Positions 37,601 through 45,367 of a DNA stretch of 64,000 nt are shown here, one piece after another. Position 1 is the stretch's first letter. The number at the start of each line of letters is the position of its first letter. The notes under the pieces were generated by a model. It ran no database searches, had not been told where the DNA came from, and worked only from the letters and a program-made list of their open reading frames with translations. Both the position numbers and the translations under genes were made by a program. The stretch comes from a virus (taxonomy: Duplodnaviria > Heunggongvirae > Uroviricota > Caudoviricetes), in IMG/VR virus record IMGVR_UViG_2541047913_000007; one strand, written 5' to 3'.

Positions 37601-39995
37601 GGCGACCAGCGGCATTTTCCGGTGCCTGCGCACGTCCTTTCTGGAAACTCTGGCCCTTCACCTCACCGGTTGTGGTAAAACGACCACCACGTCCGGCCTG
37701 ATTTTCATCCGGCGTACGCGCCACTTCTCCTGGTAACGGATATCCCTGTCCGGGATGAATATCGCCGGGAGCGGGAAGGCGTGGACGCTCAGTTAACTCC
37801 TGTGCTGTCGGACCGGCATCACCTTCAGCCATCTGTGAACGTACAAGCTCCTCTGCCGTCGGCGCGTTGCCACGGGCAAGGCGGGCCTGCACTTCTGTAT
37901 CATCCCCCGTGAAACCACGGAATCGCGGGTCACGCATGAACGCGGGCTGCTCCATCGGTTCAGCATCAGCAATACGCTCTCCGTCAGCCAGGGTGTTAAT
38001 GGTCTCCGTTGCCACATCTTCAGAGAACGCAGGATTATCCATTTCAACGGCATACTGATTCTCGCCTTTCTTCACTACGGACGGTTTCAGGCCGGTGGCG
38101 CTGGCATTGCGGAAAACGTCGCTCCCCAGAGCACTTTTTTCATCCGTGAAATAACGGTTGTCCGGACGCACCTTTTCAATGCGTTCTGCTGGTCTGGACG
38201 CACCACTCCCGTTAATTTCAATACGAACTTCATCCGGATCGCGGAACCGCACCGTCGGGTAAATACTCCCGTCGCCATCATCCGCATTTTCCGGCTGTGG
38301 CTGTGCCTCCGGTCTGGCCTCCTGCTGAGGGCGAAGCACATCACGGATAGCCTGTAACTGCTGCTCTTCAGTATCAGTACGCCCTTCCTTCAGGCTGAGT
38401 TTTCGGTATTCCTCAAGCAGTTCAGGGCGCGGCTTCGCCTTCAGCTCATCCATCACCGCCTGTCGCTTCGCCTGTTCATCCAGTTCATTTAACAGCTGGC
38501 TGGCGGCTTCCCGGCGATGAACGGCAGACGTGTCTCCCTCAGGTGCCATATCCGCATCAGCATACTGTTCCAGAAGTTGCTCGCGATTCATGCCCTGCAT
38601 GGATTCGCGATGCTGTGCCACCGGATCAGCCGGTTCGGGTTGCGGGGCTGCTTCACCCTGCTGTACGACTTCAGCCTCACGCATGGCGGTTTCTTCTGCG
38701 GCCTGACGTTTTCCACGATATCCGGCAACCGCACCGAACGGTGCGCCCATCGCTGCACCAAGAGCGGCTCCTTCGATCGTTGCGTCAGCTACCCCCTCCC
38801 ATGGTGATATATCCATTCCGGCAGTCTCACGCAACGTCATATTTTCCTGGTAACGCGAATAGCCGCCCTGCGCCGCATTAATCGTCCCCTGTTCCGTGGC
38901 ATTTCTGACAATGCCGCTTTTAACGGTCTTCGCCGTGCCCCGCATCGCCAGATTAAACAACTGAGCATCGCCCAGTTTTGCCGCCATGGCATTCACAGCC
39001 AGCAATTCAGGATCGGTTGCCAGCTGCGCGCGCACCTCATCGGCAACACGCTCTTTTGCCAGATCCATTTTCTGGCGATCAGTAAGCTGTGCGTGCTGCG
39101 GATCTGCATCAATTGACAAAAACGTCTGCTGAAATTTCGGGGACTTCGCCAGCTCAGAGTAATCCGCGTTAAGAACAGAGTCTGCTGCTGCCATTGCACT
39201 CTGCCCCTGTGCGCTGGCTGAGGAATGGGTGATCAGGCCTGCCTGGAATAAATCCGGCATTTTTTTATCGACAGCTTCTGCTGCCAGTGCGGTAGCTCTT
39301 TCCGGCTGCATCCCTGCCGCAATGTATTTTTTCTCCAGCCCGGCGGTCAGCACTTTTCGCAGAGTGACTTCACCCAGCTTTTTAGTCACACCGCCTGCAA
39401 CCATATCAGGTACAAGGGCACCAATCAGGTTTACGCCCTTCGCCACCCAGACCGCAGAATCATCATATCCTTCAGTCATCGGTGTATTCAGCGCCCGCTG
39501 CGCCCCCGGCGACATCTTGCCAGTCAGCCATTCATCCGAGGCTTTAGCGCCGCCACTGACTGCCTTGCCTGTGACCTTCAGACCTTTACCGACAGTATCA
39601 GTAACCGCATTTTTTCCATCAGGCAGAGTGTCGATGACCTCATCCGCCCCCTTGCTGCCACCGACAAAAATATCCTGAACAGTTGCGACTCCCGGCAGCC
39701 CCATACGGCTGAACTCATTTAAAATACGCGCCCCTGTTTTTACCGGGTTCTGAATCATCGCATCACCGAGTCCACGGGCCATTTCCCCTGCCCCCCGGAC
39801 GGACTGGGCGACACCTTTCCCCATAGTTGGCAATACATCGCCCAGGCTGAACGACGTGCTGTTGTCCTTCCAGCGATTGGGATCGGAGAAAAACGCATCA
39901 TAGCTGTCAGTCTCGCCCGGCTGCTGAATGTTCAGGCTGTTGCGGTTCTGGTTGCCAAATTGCGCTTCAGGGCGCTGTTCATCGGAATAAGCCAT
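31614..39995 (-). CDS. Giant 2793-aa virion-associated/polyvalent-type protein with two HExxH zincin-like motifs and acidic Pro-rich linkers
   Basis: Single uninterrupted ORF; ALAHEWFHSLDNYFG and LRHEIIHHAMEHV; PVPVPVPVPV tract. Confidence 0.75.
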   Translation of the reverse strand: MAYSDEQRPEAQFGNQNRNSLNIQQPGETDSYDAFFSDPNRWKDNSTSFSLGDVLPTMGKGVAQSVRGAGEMARGLGDAMIQNPVKTGARILNEFSRMGLPGVATVQDIFVGGSKGADEVIDTLPDGKNAVTDTVGKGLKVTGKAVSGGAKASDEWLTGKMSPGAQRALNTPMTEGYDDSAVWVAKGVNLIGALVPDMVAGGVTKKLGEVTLRKVLTAGLEKKYIAAGMQPERATALAAEAVDKKMPDLFQAGLITHSSASAQGQSAMAAADSVLNADYSELAKSPKFQQTFLSIDADPQHAQLTDRQKMDLAKERVADEVRAQLATDPELLAVNAMAAKLGDAQLFNLAMRGTAKTVKSGIVRNATEQGTINAAQGGYSRYQENMTLRETAGMDISPWEGVADATIEGAALGAAMGAPFGAVAGYRGKRQAAEETAMREAEVVQQGEAAPQPEPADPVAQHRESMQGMNREQLLEQYADADMAPEGDTSAVHRREAASQLLNELDEQAKRQAVMDELKAKPRPELLEEYRKLSLKEGRTDTEEQQLQAIRDVLRPQQEARPEAQPQPENADDGDGSIYPTVRFRDPDEVRIEINGSGASRPAERIEKVRPDNRYFTDEKSALGSDVFRNASATGLKPSVVKKGENQYAVEMDNPAFSEDVATETINTLADGERIADAEPMEQPAFMRDPRFRGFTGDDTEVQARLARGNAPTAEELVRSQMAEGDAGPTAQELTERPRLPAPGDIHPGQGYPLPGEVARTPDENQAGRGGRFTTTGEVKGQSFQKGRAQAPENAAGRQGEILEGEPVRRGLPSPDEQNATAPVREGLPAPEQRGVDMPHPESLPRMVRDSLPELAQQAEARRQTGDNRQTITDVPDTEVPVPVPVPVPVDKPSTHQQARGAKIEDFGEEIKGAAKHRYAQLAETLGKTLEDRDYFTQPLSKVFPKPDYAKLANEGADADTLAMIALYRSDIPAKTKLNAVKWVESVKSIRTSVAGMLEGKVTAGRLAEWMEGRMPSRYADTWQLLRTLPPSQMDKASAYRVVSGVYQAAGGKRYDPPQKLYSLRNKDNKGSNLFFSESRDELLTKAKAWFAEQEEKSRAKGDEKTAPSPDDKISFDVYRNTRSGDIFIAYGKNKMRVRGGFKSASDARKYIDSHRDELVRHVKEMREISREEQRNATNRDRTGPERRKGDVSPEQFSDAFGFRGVQFGNYVEGPRRQADLNRAYDSLHDLADVLNVPTKALSLNGRLGLAFGARGKGKAAAHYEPGEVAINLTKGNGPGALAHEWFHSLDNYFGRYDVSTDGKITSGGDYMTEAQRAGRVFKDGRYVDAEYPVRQEVYDAFKGVMKAINSSDMPRRSALLDEVRSKPYWSTDVEMAARAFERYVQDKARTAGVENDYLVNIRKAPEHNTDNTWAYPTNAELDGGIRDAFDHLFSTLKTRETDKGVAFYSRKGVTRTPEGNLISDVNRSAEAKGSPVPQVEAVARGVMSGIKDSDLKVRVVKSQKEAEALAGESFDGYGRVHAFYRPDKREIVLVADNIPDGRTVREKLRHEIIHHAMEHVVTPAEYQTIIKTVLKTRDSDNATIRDAWRKVDASYGKESPEVQAGEFLAHMAEKQPNKFVAAWERVVALVKGVLRRTGLLKPTELNDIRLVRETIRTLGQRVREGYTPREDGAGASSQYSRSGKPDPFKVPEGEGERYRDDLARMMKSLRSGAMTANIGRTPPVLRHLGAPDLPLVISRDTVRKATNGVKHVVPMDVIERLPELMHNPDAIYRSATERNAVVMLLDAVDKNGDPVVSAVHMKATDKRLEINKVASVYGTENGKKLKSMEMAGLTLYRKEKLSRDNPQYSGLQLPKEERSYRGSVDKILYPEDIRKGPYYSRTSSLTPEETIASRFVRQMQDKFQVLKAVQENIRKTGGKIDDSNNAYMAEELFHGKAENDLNVMKERYVQPLAKLLADYKIAQADLDEYLYARHAPERNAHIAKINPKMPDGGSGMTNAEAAEIMQRVRNSGKQAQYDRLAGIVDDMLARRRELIREAGLEESGVVDAWQNAYRYYVPLKGQDVDGVVSLPRTGKGFTIGGRESRQAMGRASRAQSPSTQAIQDLSESLIRNRKNEVGNAFLKLVQDNPDKDYWQVFTDDKPDTMRAIAERVDPETGETRREVVERPVPMAMMADRYFTTKKDGKTYYIKLHDPRLMRAMKNMGPETSNAVIRTLGKVNRFLATVNTSYNPEFLVSNFIRDVQTAVMNLKAEQGRSDGKLKGLDNLSALAVVKDSRSAMSAVYASLRGKTLTGNGAQWQKVWKEFVEDGGKTGWFNMGDLEGQQKEMDRLVSLAKGGWKGQSIGAWHSFLNLVEDANGAVENALRLSAYKHARDAGLSRQQAASLAKNMTVNFNRRGEQGALMNSLYMFANASIQGTANLVRTLGHLNGDGPLPERLRWKNLNVPQKIALAAVGAGYLLGSLNRSVAGEDDDGVNWYDKVPSHVKERNLVIMKSVFGGKAGEYWSIPLPYGYNVFFLLGHTAEGVAAGDLTASRAAGNVVGGILGAFSPVGSETSETLSGALLKNAAPTILRPFANLAMNENFMGAQIYQENMPFGTPKPDSQLGRRSTPEAYKAFASWLNAFSGGSQYRPGAVDITPESLKFWIDYISGGTGRFISKTTDAAVKSLNGIDIPEQQVPFLGKISGEVMPYADQQKMYDRMTEVAQYHAELKSLTGAERTAFIDENNGKLLMNGLMQDTRKRLKDLRKQRDAIYADSSLSLAQQAAMVKSVERDMKVAVDRFNREYNKKVGVD
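37327..37356. repeat. Hexanucleotide tandem repeat (ACCGGC)x5 inside giant gene, encodes (PV)5
   Basis: accggcaccggcaccggcaccggcaccggc. Confidence 0.8.
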
Positions 39996-40063
39996 ACAGA
40001 CTCCATAAAAAAACCCGGCACAATGACCGGGTATCAGGAAATAGTATTAACGGGAATGGTGAA

Positions 40064-41329
40064 TTACTGCGCGTAATTCTGTTTCAGACCACGGATAAAC
40101 TCAGATGCAGAGGCCGCACTATCATCTCTGGCCTGTTCCCCCCTGGCCTTTTGAATACGGAGAAAATTCGCATACCCGTTCTCCAGCAATTTCTGATTCT
40201 GAGGCTCCAGCATTTCTGGCTGACGGGAAGCAACTTCTCTGGCGAATGCCTGCTTATCCGGATCATCACCCGCCCAACTGGTAATCCCTTGTTGAATTTT
40301 TTGCTGCTGAATTTTCTGCTGATGTTGCGGTGAACCAGTTGCAGCGTAATACTCATCCACCGCCGCCTGAGCATTCCCGCCGTTCTTGATCGCTTCCGCC
40401 GCTACACTGCTGGCTCCTTCCTGAAGTTTCGCCAGAGAAAGTCCCTGCTGCTTCGGCGTGAAATAGCCGAAATTTTTCGAAATTTCCGCGAATTTACTGC
40501 GATCCCTGACAAGCTCAACAGCCTTATCAACAGGCACCGCCAGCACGGTTTGATCATCAGGATGTGCACTGCCGTATTCTGTTACAGGTTTATGCGCGGT
40601 GGAGCCATCGCTGTATGTGAGATCAAGGCCAATAAGTACGTACCCTTCCTGCTGCGCCGGTACGATACTGCCAATCCTGGCCTCTTTTATCGTCTTTTTC
40701 CCGGTTGAATCGGGCATGCCAATACGCTGTTGCAGTTCCGGGCCAAACACCCCGGAAAGGACATCAAGATTCTCCGGCGTATTAAGTGAAGCGATAGCCC
40801 TGTCTGGCTTGTCATCAAAGATTTTTTGCAGGTTGTTCACGGCCTGACCCGCTTTCGCTACATAGCCATCATTCGCCATCAGCCTCAGCGGATTACCCTC
40901 TGACAACTGGCCGTAAAGACGCATTGCTGCATCCCGATCGCCAGCATCCACAGCCTTTCCAAGCGCCGCCATCACAGGCTGATCGCGCGCCAGCATATCG
41001 TTATACTCAAGCCGTCGCTGGTTGTATTTCTGCATCCGGAGTCGCTGCTGCTCCATACCCAGCGACGCATTCCGGTAATTCTGGTTGGCGTTAAACTCCC
41101 TTTCCTGCAGTGCATAATTACGGTCGTCGACTTTGGCTCTGTAATCAAAGTTCCGCTGATCAACGTCTTTATTATGTTCAAACTGCGACTGTGCAAATTC
41201 AAAATCGCGCTCGTTATTTTTCTGTTGTTGAGCAAGCTGTGCTTCTCGCAAACCAAGTTCCTTACGACGGGTCATTGCCTGGTCAACCGTGCTGAATCCG
41301 GCAAGTAAACCCTGTGCAAATCCGCTCAT
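40064..41329 (-). CDS. Hypothetical virion/internal protein (421 aa, Q/N-rich coiled-coil-like)
   Basis: ORF track; immediately upstream of giant gene. Confidence 0.45.
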   Translation of the reverse strand: MSGFAQGLLAGFSTVDQAMTRRKELGLREAQLAQQQKNNERDFEFAQSQFEHNKDVDQRNFDYRAKVDDRNYALQEREFNANQNYRNASLGMEQQRLRMQKYNQRRLEYNDMLARDQPVMAALGKAVDAGDRDAAMRLYGQLSEGNPLRLMANDGYVAKAGQAVNNLQKIFDDKPDRAIASLNTPENLDVLSGVFGPELQQRIGMPDSTGKKTIKEARIGSIVPAQQEGYVLIGLDLTYSDGSTAHKPVTEYGSAHPDDQTVLAVPVDKAVELVRDRSKFAEISKNFGYFTPKQQGLSLAKLQEGASSVAAEAIKNGGNAQAAVDEYYAATGSPQHQQKIQQQKIQQGITSWAGDDPDKQAFAREVASRQPEMLEPQNQKLLENGYANFLRIQKARGEQARDDSAASASEFIRGLKQNYAQ

Positions 41330-41339
41330 TCACCACTCC

Positions 41340-41591
41340 TTAAAACAAAGAACCAGCAATACCACCTATGACAGCACCAATAGCCGCACCGGGGAGACCA
41401 CCAACAGCAGCGCCCATAGCTGCACCCGTACCAATTCCCGTGCCGATATTCTGTTTGTTCTGCGCTTTCTGTTGCGCCGCCATCTGTTTGTTCGCGGCCT
41501 CAATTTCTTCACGTCGTCTGTCGGCATCACTTATTCCCTGTAATGCCTCACGCCGCGACTGATTCGCAATATCCAGTAAACCGTATCCCAT
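41340..41591 (-). CDS. Small glycine-zipper membrane protein (83 aa)
   Basis: GTGIGTGAAMGAAVGGLPGAAIGAVIGGIAGSLF C-terminus. Confidence 0.45.
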   Translation of the reverse strand: MGYGLLDIANQSRREALQGISDADRRREEIEAANKQMAAQQKAQNKQNIGTGIGTGAAMGAAVGGLPGAAIGAVIGGIAGSLF

Positions 41592-41600
41592 ATTGCCCCC

Positions 41601-42047
41601 TTACGCTGACACCAGTTTTCCGCCAACACTCAGTTGTTGTCTTGCAGGTGCAGAAGCCCCCGTCAGTATGTTCATCTGGCGATCCTGCTCTGCTTCACGG
41701 ATACCATTTTTCGCGCCAGCAATTGCCAGAGCATTACGCAAACCCAGTGTGTTACTGTTGGGATTATCCGGGCGGCTTACCCCGTATCTCGCCATCTGGT
41801 TATCCTGCGCCATCTGCGCTGTACGGAGACTGGAAGTGGCAAGGCCGCCCACCCGGGCAAGCTGTGCATTCATCAGGCTGTTGTTCTCACCAAGGTCAGC
41901 CAGCCTTGCCACGCGGGGCAAATATCTGGTTCGCCAGTCGTCGTATTGCTGGCGTGTCAGCGCGGCGGATGTCTGCCAGTCACCCTGTGGGCGGGCTGCG
42001 CCTGAATAACCAGCCCTTGCGAGAGTTTCGTATTTGCCATACTCCAT
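41601..42047 (-). CDS. Hypothetical phage structural-module protein (148 aa)
   Basis: ORF track, operon context. Confidence 0.4.
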   Translation of the reverse strand: MEYGKYETLARAGYSGAARPQGDWQTSAALTRQQYDDWRTRYLPRVARLADLGENNSLMNAQLARVGGLATSSLRTAQMAQDNQMARYGVSRPDNPNSNTLGLRNALAIAGAKNGIREAEQDRQMNILTGASAPARQQLSVGGKLVSA

Positions 42048-42049
42048 AA

Positions 42050-42706
42050 TTACAGTCTCCAGTTCTGAGCCTGATGCTGAATAGCATTAGCGCCGGTGCC
42101 TGGCGTTTTAGCGCCGCCACCACCTCCGTTACCGCCAGCCTTATGCATCGCGTACGCACCTACAGCTCCCAGACCAGCGCCAACAAGAGAAGCTCGCCCC
42201 TGTTGTTTCGTAAACGCAGCCTGTGCGTCCGATTTAGCTTTTGCCAGACTGCTGTCTGCCAGCGAGTTAAAACTCTGTAACGCATCTGCCTTCTGACCGG
42301 AACCGAGAGCCGCAACATCCTGTAGCCCGGCAATATATTTATCTGCCTGCGATACCTGCCCCCGTGTGGTCGTGTCAATCTGCCCGATCACCTGGTCGCT
42401 TTGATTTGCATCCATTACTGCATTAAAACGACCACTGGATGGGTCAACGCCGGACTGAGCAAGATTACCCGCCAGCTCCCTTCGCGCTTCACCAAACTGT
42501 TTCTGATACCCAAGATTTGTTGTGCCTGCGATATTTTCGTACTGCTGCTCACTGTTAAGGTCATCGACCTTTTTCATGAAGTTATCTTCTGCCGGACGGA
42601 GAATATTTTTGTAATCCTGCCACCCTTTCCAGGCCACCTCTTCCTGTGCTATTTGCGCTGCTGTTGGTTTTACTTTGGTATCACCACCACCTTTACTTCC
42701 GCCCAT
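42050..42706 (-). CDS. Hypothetical phage structural-module protein (218 aa, Gly-rich C-terminus)
   Basis: ORF track, operon context. Confidence 0.45.
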   Translation of the reverse strand: MGGSKGGGDTKVKPTAAQIAQEEVAWKGWQDYKNILRPAEDNFMKKVDDLNSEQQYENIAGTTNLGYQKQFGEARRELAGNLAQSGVDPSSGRFNAVMDANQSDQVIGQIDTTTRGQVSQADKYIAGLQDVAALGSGQKADALQSFNSLADSSLAKAKSDAQAAFTKQQGRASLVGAGLGAVGAYAMHKAGGNGGGGGAKTPGTGANAIQHQAQNWRL

Positions 42707-42799
42707 AATGGCTCCTCAGATAACAAAAAACCCTGCCGGAGCAGGGTCAGAATGTGAATTGCAATGTGGGTTTACGCTCGATGATGAATACAGTGGCAG

Positions 42800-43201
42800 T
42801 CAGACTGCTATCCTGAACACCATGAAGCCATCCTCATCATCCGGCATTCGCTCAAAGCCCAGACGTTTTCCCAGCCGGATAAATCCTCGTCTTGCCGTAT
42901 GAAATTCGGCCCAGCGTCCGCCAGCCAGGCGGGTTAATGTCTTCACCTCCGGCAGATAACGCTCAACACTCTTACTCCCCGTACACACGCCCAGTAACAC
43001 CAGAACATAAGGGATACCATCGTCACTGAGCACAGAACGCAGCACCAGAAAACCATCCGGCGCTTCAAAGCAAAACGCCTGCTTTTTAAGGCAGGCGTCT
43101 TTAACTTCATTCATAAATTCAGGGTTGCGGGAATTTCTCACAACACGCTGCATATACCGGAGAATTCTGTCGTCCATTCTCTCACCTGAAACGGGTGCCA
43201 T
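42800..43201 (-). CDS. Hypothetical protein (133 aa)
   Basis: ORF track. Confidence 0.4.
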   Translation of the reverse strand: MAPVSGERMDDRILRYMQRVVRNSRNPEFMNEVKDACLKKQAFCFEAPDGFLVLRSVLSDDGIPYVLVLLGVCTGSKSVERYLPEVKTLTRLAGGRWAEFHTARRGFIRLGKRLGFERMPDDEDGFMVFRIAV

Positions 43202-43257
43202 ATCGGCTGAACCTCAGCAACCAGTTGACGGGGACTTTCGTCCCCGTCGCGGTTTTC

Positions 43258-43398
43258 CTACTGCTTACACTGTAAGAACGCCGCAAACTCCGCTCCCCAC
43301 AAATTCAGCCGGAACTCACACAACGAGCCGTGTAACATCCAGATGGTGAAGATTACCGTCATACAAATTGTGACGGTGATGAGCGATTTTTGCGACAT
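43258..43398 (-). CDS. hok: Hok/Gef family type I toxin, HokA-like (46 aa); not in ORF track
   Basis: Codon-by-codon translation MSQKSLITVTICMTVIFTIWMLHGSLCEFRLNLWGAEFAAFLQCKQ; ggagg SD 8 nt upstream. Confidence 0.6.
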   Translation of the reverse strand: MSQKSLITVTICMTVIFTIWMLHGSLCEFRLNLWGAEFAAFLQCKQ

Positions 43399-43582
43399 AG
43401 CGCTTGCCTCCTGAGTGGAGAGGCGCTAACCTTCTACTTGCTTAAGGTATGATGGTTAGGGCCTCGGGTTAAACAAAATGTTTGACTCGGGGCCTTTCCA
43501 CATCAGGCCTTCAGGTTCTCCCTCCAGCCATCAGCCGAAAGGCACCCGCGCATAATCTACGATTTTTGCCCTGCACGGGCAA

Positions 43583-43610
43583 CAAAAAACCCGCCATCAC
43601 AGCGGGTTAT
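43583..43610 (-). terminator. Intrinsic terminator downstream of lom-like gene (aacccgctgtgatggcgggtt plus U6)
   Basis: Hairpin and T-tract on minus strand about 20 nt after lom stop. Confidence 0.55.
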
Positions 43611-43630
43611 GACATGTTGTCGGGTATTAC

Positions 43631-44365
43631 TCAGAATTTCAGGCCAATGCCTGCAAATAAACCATCAGTTTTCCAGTCGCCAGAGCCTGAGCTTTCATAA
43701 GTGACGTCCATAGTAACACTTTCATTGAAGTTAAATTGCGCGCCGACAGACCATGCAATAGACGTTTTTTTGGTGCTGTTACTTTCAGAAAAACTACCGG
43801 CACCATGATTAAGATTGTCGTTAATTTTCAAGTCAGTGGTGACTTTTGCACCCCCCATACCAGCCATTGCATACACACTGAGGTATTCGTTAAACCGCCA
43901 CGAAGGACCGGATAGTAGACTCCAGTAATTAGCCCTGATATCAGTTCTCGCTGAAGCTGCCGGATTTTTAACCTCTCTGGATTCATCTCCTGGGTTAATA
44001 TCAATAAATGCCTGCGCATTAGTCATAGAACGCGCCCATGTAAAAGATGTTATAACACCAATCTCATCCGTTATCTCATAACGATACCTGATGCTCATCC
44101 CCTGAGGAGATTTGCCTTTGCCATCATGCCCCCGGACAGAAGCATCTGCATATTCGCCTGAATTGAAGTAGTGTCTGTTTGTAAAACGGTTAAAAGTATC
44201 AAGATTATAAAGACTTAAATCCTTAACAAAATTGTTCAGTCCAGAGAGCTGAAGATGAGCGTATCCGAAAGAAACTGTACTGTCACCTTGTGCTGCACAG
44301 GCAGGGGCTGCTACAAAACTCATCACAAAAGTTGTGCACGCAAAAATAATTCTGGTATGTTTCAT
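43631..44365 (-). CDS. lom: Lom/Ail/PagC-family outer-membrane beta-barrel protein
   Basis: 244 aa with signal peptide; C-terminus YESSGSGDWKTDGLFAGIGLKF matches lambda Lom C-terminus. Confidence 0.75.
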   Translation of the reverse strand: MKHTRIIFACTTFVMSFVAAPACAAQGDSTVSFGYAHLQLSGLNNFVKDLSLYNLDTFNRFTNRHYFNSGEYADASVRGHDGKGKSPQGMSIRYRYEITDEIGVITSFTWARSMTNAQAFIDINPGDESREVKNPAASARTDIRANYWSLLSGPSWRFNEYLSVYAMAGMGGAKVTTDLKINDNLNHGAGSFSESNSTKKTSIAWSVGAQFNFNESVTMDVTYESSGSGDWKTDGLFAGIGLKF

Positions 44366-44451
44366 TTTTAGACTTTTCCTATAATAAAATAACCCCGTAT
44401 TATCTAAGATGAATTTAGTTTTATTACTTAATATTCATACTGACAGGCATA

Positions 44452-45078
44452 TCAGTCATACATTGATGAATTAATGACCAACACTTTATCTATATACGGC
44501 TTCCGAATATCCCATGTTGCACGACCGGAATAATGCTCACAGGAATATATTTTATTTCCTGTAGCACCAGTAGATGTGGTGTAAATCGGTCGGTCATAAG
44601 GTGTTCGTTTCCAGTTATAATATCCAACCAGTGCAGGCATAATTGCGCATGGATATCCAAGATCCTTCTCAAACTTGATATCAACTGGTATTAACTTCGC
44701 GTCAAGCAGCATCATTTCGCCATGGTAAATCATCTCACCCGACGGGTTATACATGGCGATACCATACTCAGAAGGTTGAGTAACCATATTCGCAAAAGCA
44801 TAAACAGTCGTAACACCGGGATTCGTTCCCCTGACAATTTGATGAAGCCTTAAGGCATGATATCCATCAATCTGTTCATGCGTGTACATGACATCGGCCT
44901 TCTTCTCTGTTCTGATAAAGAAAAAACAACTTTTTCCTGACGGAATTGACGTTTTAAAAAAAGCCTTCTCAGTCGCCGGAATAGTTCCCTTATTGATCAG
45001 ACACTGAGGCGTAAACCCCGGGCTTATCCACAAGCTGCCATCTGGTTTCGTAATGCTTAAACCATACATACAACTCAC
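44452..45078 (-). CDS. Hypothetical protein (208 aa), tail-fibre-region accessory
   Basis: ORF track. Confidence 0.35.
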   Translation of the reverse strand: MSCMYGLSITKPDGSLWISPGFTPQCLINKGTIPATEKAFFKTSIPSGKSCFFFIRTEKKADVMYTHEQIDGYHALRLHQIVRGTNPGVTTVYAFANMVTQPSEYGIAMYNPSGEMIYHGEMMLLDAKLIPVDIKFEKDLGYPCAIMPALVGYYNWKRTPYDRPIYTTSTGATGNKIYSCEHYSGRATWDIRKPYIDKVLVINSSMYD

Positions 45079-45353
45079 CCCCAGAATGTATAAATATATG
45101 ACCCCATCCCCTGCTCAAGATTTGACCACGTCACCGTATTGCCATTAATGGTTATCTTCGGTACTTTCCGGTCCTTAAATACATTATTCCACGGAAATAA
45201 TGAACAGACTGCCTGCAATGTTTTCCCTTCTGGTTTATTCGTATACGTTTTTGATCCCGACTCCGCCGTAAACCTGTCCAGGAAAAATATGGGAGTAAGC
45301 ACGCCCGTAACATTAACGTTATTTCTGTTATAAATGGCAAAACCGTATTCCAA
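45075..45353 (-). CDS. Hypothetical protein (92 aa)
   Basis: ORF track, overlaps downstream ORF start. Confidence 0.3.
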   Translation of the reverse strand: MEYGFAIYNRNNVNVTGVLTPIFFLDRFTAESGSKTYTNKPEGKTLQAVCSLFPWNNVFKDRKVPKITINGNTVTWSNLEQGMGSYIYTFWG

Positions 45354-45367
45354 TACTCACCTCCTGA

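Noticed and set aside
32184-39678. Numerous 60-180-aa plus-strand ORFs inside the giant gene
   Set aside because: All antisense to one uninterrupted 8.4-kb ORF; no RBS context and low-complexity products
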